In this document: in pieces, positions 29,367 through 36,551 of the stretch
Numbering within the stretch: the first letter of the stretch is position 1
How the letters are laid out: each line of letters starts with the position of its first letter
DNA from: Chthoniobacteraceae bacterium
Lineage (GTDB): Bacteria > Verrucomicrobiota > Verrucomicrobiia > Chthoniobacterales > Chthoniobacteraceae
DNA length: 52,288 bases
Assembly (NCBI GenBank): GCA_031409335.1
Contig: JANNWY010000014.1
Location: forward strand, 1 to 52,288
Reading direction: 5' to 3'
Program-made: the position numbers and the translations under genes
The notes under the pieces: model-generated
What the model was told of the DNA's origin: nothing
Seen by the model: the letters and a program-made list of their open reading frames with translations, nothing else
The model's database searches: none

Positions 29367-30797
29367 ATGAAAACATACTTGCTCATCGCGCTCCTGGCCC
29401 TGTCGCCAGTTCTCGCACTTGTCGCCGCTGAAGCTCCGTCGTATCCACCGGCAAAATTTCCCGATGCGGGCGGCTGGGGGCGCAACATCCAGCGCACGAT
29501 GCGCCTGCTCGCCACGAGCACGGCGGAGAAACGGAATACGGTTCGCATCCTGTTCTACGGGCAGTCCATCACCGAGCAGAGGTGGGCGAAGCTGGTGGAG
29601 GAAGATTTGCGGCAGCGTTTCCCGCACGCGAACCTCGTCATCGAGAATCGGGCGCTCGGCGGCTTCGCGTCGCAGATGCTCGTGAAGACGGCGGAGACGG
29701 ACCTGTATCCGTTCCAGCCTGACCTGCTGATCTTTCACGTCTATGGCGCGCACGACAAATACGAGGACATCATCCGCCGCACGCGCGAGCGGACCACCGC
29801 AGAAATTCTGATGCAGAACGATCACGTCACGAAACCCGCCGACCTCACCGAGGAAACCGACCCGGCGAAAGTGCCGATCCAGAGCGGGAAGTGGGACGCC
29901 TTCATGAATCACAACTGGCTGCCCTTGCTCGCGAAAAAATACGGCGCGGAGCTGTGCGATCAGCGCGCGATTTGGAAAACGTATCTCGCCGAAAACAAGC
30001 TGGAGCCGAAGGCGCTGCTGAAGGACGACGTGCATCTCAACGCGCACGGGGAATTCCTCATGGCGGAAATCGTGAAGGCGCATCTGCGGCGCGACGCATC
30101 GTTCGATCCCGCGCCCGCGGAGGCTTGGGTGAAGACGCTCGTGGTGGGAAAAGGCGTGCGCTTTGAAAATGGAAAACTGCGCGTGGAATTCGAGGGCAGC
30201 CGCGTGGACGTGGTGTGCCAGGCGGGCAGCGCCGCACCCGCTGCGGTGACGATCGACGGGCGCAAGCCGTCCGAATTTCCCGAGCTGTATGGCTGCACGC
30301 GCGCCGTCACCACGCCGCCGGGAAAGTGGCTGGTGAAGTGGCCCATCGTCGCACCCATCGGCTCGGAGAAACCGCTGCTGGTCGAGGACTGGATGCTCGA
30401 CGTAAAGCGCGCCGATCCCGCGAACGAAAAGCTGTTCACTTTCACCCTCACCGGCTCGAAAACCGGCGCGGACGGAGAAGGTCGCAGCGATCAAAAATTC
30501 GTCTCGAAGTCGGGCCGCATCGTCATCACGCCCGAGGATTGGAACGCCGCCTACGCGCTCGCGCTCGCCGGCATCAAGCCCGTGCCGGAGAGCTTCACCG
30601 TGAAGTGGAGCGTGGTGCCGCGCTTCGTGGATGTGTTCACCTCTCCCGGCGTGAAAGACGCGGCCATCGAGACGACCGTCACGCTCGCGCAAGGGCTCGC
30701 GAACACAAAGCACACGCTGGAAATCGCGGGCGGTGCGGAGACCATCGCCGCGCTCCGCGTGTATCGCCCGGCGCTCACCGCGCAGGACGCGAAGTAG
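29367..30797 (+). CDS. Secreted SGNH/GDSL hydrolase
   Basis: Signal peptide MKTYLL...; FYGQSIT; NRALGG; DDVHLN. An alternative coupled ATG lies at 29274. Confidence 0.75.
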   Translation: MKTYLLIALLALSPVLALVAAEAPSYPPAKFPDAGGWGRNIQRTMRLLATSTAEKRNTVRILFYGQSITEQRWAKLVEEDLRQRFPHANLVIENRALGGFASQMLVKTAETDLYPFQPDLLIFHVYGAHDKYEDIIRRTRERTTAEILMQNDHVTKPADLTEETDPAKVPIQSGKWDAFMNHNWLPLLAKKYGAELCDQRAIWKTYLAENKLEPKALLKDDVHLNAHGEFLMAEIVKAHLRRDASFDPAPAEAWVKTLVVGKGVRFENGKLRVEFEGSRVDVVCQAGSAAPAAVTIDGRKPSEFPELYGCTRAVTTPPGKWLVKWPIVAPIGSEKPLLVEDWMLDVKRADPANEKLFTFTLTGSKTGADGEGRSDQKFVSKSGRIVITPEDWNAAYALALAGIKPVPESFTVKWSVVPRFVDVFTSPGVKDAAIETTVTLAQGLANTKHTLEIAGGAETIAALRVYRPALTAQDAK

Positions 30798-30829
30798 GAC
30801 AGGAGGTTTTTACGGATCATCCAAGACAC

Positions 30830-31675
30830 ATGAAGCACCCAATTTTTTCCCAAATCCTCGCGCTGCTCGTTTTTTCCACGATGACGCAGGCGGGCGAAAA
30901 GAATCCGTTTTTTGCGATGGACACCATCGCCCGCGGCCAGCCAGAGACGGTCGTGCCGATGCTCCGCGAGCTTGGCTACGCGGGCCTCGGCGGCGCACCG
31001 GGCGATGCGGCGATGGCGCAGGCGCTCGCGGCGGCGGGGCTGCGCTATTTCAATGGCTACCATACGATCACTCTCGATGCCGCGCGGCCCGCGCTGGATG
31101 AACCGATGCGGAAAATGCTCGAGGCCATGCCCGGCGCGGCGCTGTGGCTGGCCGTGGCGCGCGTGCAGCGCGAGGGCGCACCTTTCCCAAACTCCTCCGC
31201 CGACGGCGACGAGATCGCGGTGGCGAAGCTGCGCGACATCGCCGCCTACGCCGCCCCGCGCGGGGTGAAAATCGCGCTCTATCCGCACGCCGGTTCGTGG
31301 CTGGAACGCGTGGAGGATGCCACCCGGCTCGCGGAGAAAGTGAACGACCCCGCCGTAGGCGTGACCTTTAATCTCTGCCATTGGCTGAAAGTGGAAGGCT
31401 CCGAGCGCGACCCCGCTCCCGTGCTGCGCGCGGCGCTGCCGCGGCTGATGTTTGTGACTATCAACGGGGCTGATACCGGCGACACGAAAACGATGGGTTG
31501 GGAGCGCCTCATCCGCCCGCTCGGCGAGGGCAGCTACGACGTGGGCGCATTTTTGAAAACGCTGCGCGCGACCGGCTACGAAGGCCCCATCGGGTTCCAA
31601 GGCTACGGCATCCCAGGCGACGCGCGCGCGGTCCTGGCGAAGACGATGGCCGCGTGGAAAGCCATGCAGCCTTGA
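30830..31675 (+). CDS. Sugar phosphate isomerase/epimerase-like TIM-barrel protein
   Basis: ATG 30830 with signal-like N-terminus; IALYPH, GVTFNLCHWL, PLGEGSYD, GYEGPIGFQ. Confidence 0.75.
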   Translation: MKHPIFSQILALLVFSTMTQAGEKNPFFAMDTIARGQPETVVPMLRELGYAGLGGAPGDAAMAQALAAAGLRYFNGYHTITLDAARPALDEPMRKMLEAMPGAALWLAVARVQREGAPFPNSSADGDEIAVAKLRDIAAYAAPRGVKIALYPHAGSWLERVEDATRLAEKVNDPAVGVTFNLCHWLKVEGSERDPAPVLRAALPRLMFVTINGADTGDTKTMGWERLIRPLGEGSYDVGAFLKTLRATGYEGPIGFQGYGIPGDARAVLAKTMAAWKAMQP

Positions 31676-31850
31676 AGCTTTTTGACCAGGCTCACGCGCT
31701 GGCGGATGTGGATTGCCACTTTTCCAATCGTTGGTTCGCCGCGCAAAAGCAGAACTGGCCGCTGGCGAATTTCCACGTCGCCGAAACCAAGTCGCGTCTT
31801 GAATGGGCGGTGCGCATCCGACCTGTGCGGAAGCTCACCAATGGACGCGC
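31672..31850 (+). pseudogene. Internal fragment of a conserved hypothetical protein gene
   Basis: Reads LKLFDQAHALADVDCHFSNRWFAAQKQNWPLANFHVAETKSRLEWAVRIRPVRK, resembling (from memory) a WFA..NWPLA.F...E family that normally has longer N- and C-termini. It degenerates into hairpin-rich DNA. Confidence 0.5.
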
Positions 31851-32056
31851 AGGCGCAGCGCCGAGCAGAAAGGAAACACCTTTCGCTCTCTTTCCCTAGC
31901 CCGCGCGGCAATGAGCGCGGGCGAGCGCCAGCGAGGCGGCACCTCCAAAACTTGGCCGACACGAAGCCTCCCCGGAATTCCCTCGGAGGCTGAGCAAAGG
32001 ATCAACTTACTTTCGCTGGGCGGAGGTTCGCACGAAACGTGACAGCTCCTCTGGAT

Positions 32057-32078
32057 CTTATGCCGATATCGGCATAAG
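32057..32078. repeat. Perfect 22-bp palindrome CTTATGCCGATATCGGCATAAG, probable RIT target/binding site
   Basis: Read directly. Built from the same TTATGCCG octamer as the RIT ends and abuts the left IR. Confidence 0.9.
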
Positions 32079-32109
32079 CGCCATTATGCCGCGATTCGGA
32101 TTATGCCGC
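32078..32109. repeat. RIT left terminal inverted repeat GCGCCATTATGCCGCGATTCGGATTATGCCGC
   Basis: Exact reverse complement of 35480-35511; contains two TTATGCCG octamers. Confidence 0.95.
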
Positions 32110-32165
32110 ACGGATGCGTGCGGCCTTGGCGTGGGCTTGTGCATCGGCGCGGCAAATCGGCATAA

Positions 32166-33161
32166 TCACAGGGCTTCCAGGAAGGCGAGCAGTTCTTCGG
32201 TGGGGTGATAACGTCCGGGGCTCATGTGAACTGGCTGAGTTTTCGCGAGGGCTGCTTCCTTCAGTTTGATGTCGGCGTGGATATAGATTTGGGTGGTTTC
32301 GATGGATTCATGGCCGAGCCACAGGGCGATCACGGTGCGGTCCACTCCGCTTTGCAGCAGTTGCATCGCGGCGGTGTGACGCAGGACATGCGGGGTAATG
32401 CGTTTTCCTTTTAACGTGGCGCATTGGTTGGCGGCGTTCATGGCGTGCTTGGCGACGAGGTGTTCGACGGCGTCCCGGCTGAGTCGGTCGCCGCGATTAC
32501 TGGGGAACAAGGGCGCGTCGTCGGGAGCGGCGGATTGTGCCAGCCAGGGACCGAGGGCTTGAATGCAGTCTTTGCGCAAGGGTGTGGTGCGTTCTTTGCG
32601 CCCCTTGCCCATGCAGCGAACGTGCGCGCCGGTGCCAAGGCTAACGTCACCGCAGTTGAGTTGGATGAGTTCGGAGACGCGGAGCCCTGTTTGCAGAGCA
32701 AGGATCAGCAGGGTTCGGTCGCGGCGTCCGCTCCACTTGGATGGGTCGGGCGCGGCGATGAGCGATTCGATTTCGTGGCGCTGCAAGTAGTCGATGCTGC
32801 GTTTCACATGCCGCTTGCACGGTATGGCGAGGATGCGCTGGCAGTGGTGCAGGAGTTGTGGTTCGCGGCAGGCGATGTGTTTGAAAAACGAGCGGATGGC
32901 CGCCAGGCGGGTGTTGCGGGTGCGGACGCTGTTGGCACGTTTCGTCTCCACGAAGCTGAGGAAGTCGCCGACAAGATCGGCGTCGATGTCGGCGACGTGC
33001 AGCGTGGTGGGTGTGCGTCCAAGTCGATCGGAGGCATAGTTGAGCAGGAGCCGGAAGGTGTCGCGATAACTCGCGATGGTGTTGGGACTGGCCGCAAGCT
33101 GAGTTGTCAGACGTTCCGTGAAGAACCGCTGCACATGGATGGGAAGCGGGTGCGCTTTCAT
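32166..33161 (-). CDS. ritC: Tyrosine recombinase RitC
   Basis: SPNTIASYRDTFRLLL, TGLRVSEL, GKGRK, HVLRH, LGH, TQIY; full catalytic set. Confidence 0.9.
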   Translation of the reverse strand: MKAHPLPIHVQRFFTERLTTQLAASPNTIASYRDTFRLLLNYASDRLGRTPTTLHVADIDADLVGDFLSFVETKRANSVRTRNTRLAAIRSFFKHIACREPQLLHHCQRILAIPCKRHVKRSIDYLQRHEIESLIAAPDPSKWSGRRDRTLLILALQTGLRVSELIQLNCGDVSLGTGAHVRCMGKGRKERTTPLRKDCIQALGPWLAQSAAPDDAPLFPSNRGDRLSRDAVEHLVAKHAMNAANQCATLKGKRITPHVLRHTAAMQLLQSGVDRTVIALWLGHESIETTQIYIHADIKLKEAALAKTQPVHMSPGRYHPTEELLAFLEAL

Positions 33162-34111
33162 GCTGCGTCTCCTCTTGCGGTCAGGGATTGCTCGGCGCGC
33201 TGACTGGCGAGTTGCAGCAGTTCAGGCACGGCTTCGATATACCAATAGGTGTGCTCCGGATCGGTATGGCCGAGATAGGTGCTCAACGTGTGCATCTCTC
33301 GATCGGGGGCCAGTCCCTTTCGATACCATTCCACGATGGTTCTGACCGCAAAGGTGTGCCTGAGATCATGCACCCGCGGACCGCGTCCGAGCTTGTAAAA
33401 AACGGTAACCGAGCGCAGGCCGATGCGCTGGCACACCAAGGCGAAGTTATAGCGGGCGGCGCAATCGGTCGGACGTGTGCCGTTTTCCGTGAGGAAGAAA
33501 GGCGCGTGACCGGTTTCCAAAAGGCGGTCACGTTCGGCGCGATATGCTTTGAGCCGCATGGCAACACTCGTCGAGACCGGCACGAGACGCTCTCGACCGT
33601 TCTTGCCATGCCGGATCACGAGCACGCATTCACGCAGATCGACATCCGCCTCATCCAATTTGATGGCTTCATTGATGCGCAGTCCGGTGGTGGCGATGAG
33701 CCCGAAGAGGGTCGCATAGGTCCATCCGCGCAACCCATAAGCGGAAGGCAGACGCGCGGCTTGCCCAACGATCCGCGCGATCTCGTCCGCACTATAGATG
33801 TAAGGGCGTGGTCGGCGCCGTTTTCCATGGATCAAACCCGACGGCGGCATCTCCGTCCGCGGATCGACACTCTGCAGCCAGCGGGCGAAGCCGCGCACCA
33901 TGCCCAGGCGCGCGCTCCAGGTAGTGCTGTTGGCCGAGCCAAAGTGCGCCTTCCAGCGCAGGAACAGATCGACCGTGACGTGGCTGACTCCCTCGCCATC
34001 GGCGAACTCGGCGAAGCGCCGCAACACCCGGCCGCTGTCGGCGAGATCGAAGCCAAAGCCGCGACGCACTGCGAGGTAGTTGGCCAGGCGGAGGGTGAGC
34101 GTTGGATTCAT
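33158..34111 (-). CDS. ritB: Tyrosine recombinase RitB
   Basis: ATG 34111 with AGGAGG SD and ATGA overlap; TGLRINEA, HDLRHTFAV, LSTYLGH, TYWY. Confidence 0.9.
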   Translation of the reverse strand: MNPTLTLRLANYLAVRRGFGFDLADSGRVLRRFAEFADGEGVSHVTVDLFLRWKAHFGSANSTTWSARLGMVRGFARWLQSVDPRTEMPPSGLIHGKRRRPRPYIYSADEIARIVGQAARLPSAYGLRGWTYATLFGLIATTGLRINEAIKLDEADVDLRECVLVIRHGKNGRERLVPVSTSVAMRLKAYRAERDRLLETGHAPFFLTENGTRPTDCAARYNFALVCQRIGLRSVTVFYKLGRGPRVHDLRHTFAVRTIVEWYRKGLAPDREMHTLSTYLGHTDPEHTYWYIEAVPELLQLASQRAEQSLTARGDAA

Positions 34112-35340
34112 TGCGCACCTCCTTCCGCCGGCCAGCACTGGGCGATCGAGCGCAGCGTTTCGAGGTCGCACTTCGCATAAATCGTGGTCGTCACTCGCGA
34201 TCGATGTCGCAGGACATGACCGATCTCCTCCAGCGATGCGCCACCACCCAGCATCGCGGTCGCCAGACTGTGGCGCAGGAGATGCGAGCCAATGTATTTC
34301 TGCGGCGGTTTCAGCCCGGTCTTCGCAAAGGCCTTCTGCAGCACGTCATTGATCGTCTGTGCGTCTTTGAACGGTTGGTGCGGCGCACGATGCGAGACGA
34401 ACAAAGCGCGTGAGTCACCAGCACGGCCATTTTGAATGTAGTCCACGATCGCCTCGCCCACTGCACTCGGCAGCGGCACGCGCTCATGCCGCCCGCCCTT
34501 GCCGCGAATCAAAATTTCGCCCGCGCGCCAGTCAATGTCCTCAAGCTGGATCGCCACCACCTCGGGAGCACGCAGCCCCAATCGCGCCAGCAGCAGTAAC
34601 ATCGCATGATCGCGTCGGCCCAACGCATCATCGGAGCGGGCTGCATCCACCAGTTGCTGCACCACCTCTGGCCGCACATAGCGCGGCAGATTCGCCGCGC
34701 GGCCATGCGCGACGCGGGGAATGCTCGTCGCCAGATTGTGCCGCGTCTTGCCGCTCCAAAACAGGAACTCAAACAAGTTCCGCAGATGCGAGGGCCATGC
34801 CTTGCATCGCAACTTGCGGCAGAACGCCACGATGCCCTCCGGCGTAATGGCATTCAAGTCACCCATGCCTTCATCGCCAAAACGGTCCGTCATGAACCGC
34901 TCGAAATTGTACAGGCAATGATTGATTGTGGACTCCCTCAATCCACGCTGCACACGCAGATAGCTGGTAAACTCCGCACGCAACACTTCACGTCGGGTTG
35001 GCTGGTGCGCGGCCGGCTGTGGCCGCGTTGCCACGCCAGCCTCAACGAGTGAGGCCACGAATTGATCCAGGCGATACGCCGCGTAGGTCGCATCGCTCGT
35101 AAAAGCGCCAGCCAGCACCACCGCGCGCACTCGCTCCAGCATCGCGCCGTCCAAATGTCGCCGCTCATTCGCGCAGCGTTCCATCGCCGCACAGAAGCGC
35201 TCGATCGTGCGCTCATAACGCCGTATGGAAAAAGCCGAGTAACCTCGGCTGGCAAGTCTCCCAAGAAAGGCGGCGCGGTGTGGCTCAATCCATTGGGCGG
35301 TTTCGGTGTGATGATGGTTCGGTTGATTTGATGATGTCAT
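34108..35340 (-). CDS. ritA: Tyrosine recombinase RitA
   Basis: ATG 35340 with AGGAG SD; RDHAMLLLLARLGLRAPEV, DIDWRAG, HLLRHSLAT, LRH, TTIYAK. Confidence 0.9.
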   Translation of the reverse strand: MTSSNQPNHHHTETAQWIEPHRAAFLGRLASRGYSAFSIRRYERTIERFCAAMERCANERRHLDGAMLERVRAVVLAGAFTSDATYAAYRLDQFVASLVEAGVATRPQPAAHQPTRREVLRAEFTSYLRVQRGLRESTINHCLYNFERFMTDRFGDEGMGDLNAITPEGIVAFCRKLRCKAWPSHLRNLFEFLFWSGKTRHNLATSIPRVAHGRAANLPRYVRPEVVQQLVDAARSDDALGRRDHAMLLLLARLGLRAPEVVAIQLEDIDWRAGEILIRGKGGRHERVPLPSAVGEAIVDYIQNGRAGDSRALFVSHRAPHQPFKDAQTINDVLQKAFAKTGLKPPQKYIGSHLLRHSLATAMLGGGASLEEIGHVLRHRSRVTTTIYAKCDLETLRSIAQCWPAEGGAQ

Positions 35341-35479
35341 GAATGCTCCTATCGGTCGGGCTGAGAGGAGCGCCCAGCGACAACCAGTCGCGTCAAACAG
35401 ATGGAACCATGCAGACGACCAAATTATGCCGACATCACCAGCCGCCTCCTTTGTATGAGCCAACGCTCCGCAGCCCCAC

Positions 35480-35511
35480 GCGGCATAATCCGAATCGCGG
35501 CATAATGGCGC
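35480..35511. repeat. RIT right terminal inverted repeat
   Basis: GCGGCATAATCCGAATCGCGGCATAATGGCGC. Confidence 0.95.
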
Positions 35512-35525
35512 GTTTCGTGAAACGA

Positions 35526-35733
35526 GGGAACGGCCCGGAGGATCGAACGATGATCTGCGCCGGCCGCAACGCAGCGTCAGGCCGTTCGCGGAGCGCAGCG
35601 CGGAGCGAGTAGGCCGGGAGCGCAGTGAGGGCGGCGCAGTTCATCCCGCCGCCCGCAAACTCGGGAGTCTGTGCTGCGGGCGTGGCGTCCCCGCCGACCG
35701 CTGCACAGTCTCCCCGGCGAAGCCGCATCAGGG
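35526..35733. repeat. ~205-bp structured direct repeat, copy 1
   Basis: Shares CGGCCCGGAGGATCG, CGATGATCTGCGC, a 27-nt exact block (35656-35682 = 36343-36369), GCACAGTCTCCC and AGCCGCATCA with copy 2. Confidence 0.88.
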
Positions 35734-35789
35734 CTTGATGGAGCAGGTCTGGCGTGACGGCGTGGAGAGTTTTCGCTTCAATGCCCCGG

Positions 35790-36167
35790 ATGAGTTTTTG
35801 CCACGCAAATTGTCCGCTTTGCGGTCGGGAGAATGAGTGCCAGTTCGCCACGACCTCTGCTTACAAAGGCAAGTGTTGGTGTGCCTCGGAGAACTTTTCT
35901 CCCGATCTGCTCGCGCGGATTCCCGAAGAAGAACGCAACGTCGTGTGCGTCTGCCGCCATTGCGTCGTTGCCGCTAATTTTGCCAAAGCGAAAGCACTCC
36001 CGCAGCCGCGCCCGTTAGCCGGAGATTTCTACATCGAGGGCGAGCATGTCGTCTTCACTGAGGAGTATCATCGTCGCCGCGGCTACTGCTGCGGCACCGG
36101 TTGCCGCCACTGCCCGTTCGATCCGCTGGAACGCGAAGTGGGCGCGCAAGGCTCGCTCACCGATTGA
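35790..36167 (+). CDS. Cysteine-rich CWC domain + DUF5522 fusion protein
   Basis: CPLCGRENEC..CWC..CVCRHC followed by DFY..VVFTEEYHRRRGYCCGTGCRHCPF. Start is 35781 or 35790. Confidence 0.8.
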   Translation: MSFCHANCPLCGRENECQFATTSAYKGKCWCASENFSPDLLARIPEEERNVVCVCRHCVVAANFAKAKALPQPRPLAGDFYIEGEHVVFTEEYHRRRGYCCGTGCRHCPFDPLEREVGAQGSLTD

Positions 36168-36214
36168 GTCGGTCGGATCATTTTCGCGAGATTCGCGGGC
36201 ATTGTTGCTGGTGG

Positions 36215-36418
36215 GGGAGCGGCCCGGAGGATCGTGCGATGATCTGCGCTGGCCGGAAGGCGCGGCCCGGCTTCCGCGCGGAATCATGGGCGGAAGGTCG
36301 GGAGCGCCGGGAGGACGGGCGCAGATGGTCGCTGCCTGCCCACAAACTCGGGAGTCTGTGCTGCGGGCGCGCGCAGCGAGTGGGAGGCACAGTCTCCCGC
36401 GGCGCAGCCGCATCAAGG
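36215..36418. repeat. ~205-bp structured direct repeat, copy 2
   Basis: See copy 1; same two stems with diverged loops. Confidence 0.88.
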
Positions 36419-36551
36419 AAGGCGTTACGGAAACCTCGGTTTCCGTTGAGAGGGGTGCGTCGGAGACGGTTCCTCCGGCTCCGACCAGGGGAGAGACTCT
36501 CCCCTCAAAAGAGCAAAGACTAATCACCGATGCATGGTAGGCTTTTCCCCG

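Larger units (their letters stand above)
32078..35511 (-). mobile_element. RIT (recombinase-in-trio) element
   Basis: Three overlapping tyrosine recombinase genes between perfect 32-bp inverted repeats; 3434 bp. Confidence 0.93.

Noticed and set aside
412..31600. Many long antisense ORFs (e.g. 3005-5068, 6658-8145, 21432-22814, 29352-30713)
   Set aside because: Typical high-GC antisense shadows of well-supported genes; no recognisable motifs.
30830..31675. TIM-barrel protein lacking the usual acidic metal ligands (YPH, NLCH, FQG)
   Set aside because: I recall this as a common PVC subfamily pattern, so it is not treated as novel.
32166..35340. RIT recombinases as the ICE's own integrase
   Set aside because: They are enclosed by their own perfect IRs and interrupt a structured region, so they form an independent inserted element.
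35526..36418. The repeat pair as cobalamin riboswitches, CRISPR repeats or integron attC sites
   Set aside because: No B12-box or GCCACTG core on either strand; only two long units with a gene between; no shared RYYYAAC/GTTRRRY ends and no integron integrase.
36487..36510. Hairpin as rho-independent terminator for lmuB
   Set aside because: The U-run lies on the wrong side for - strand transcription, and there is none after the stem on the + strand.
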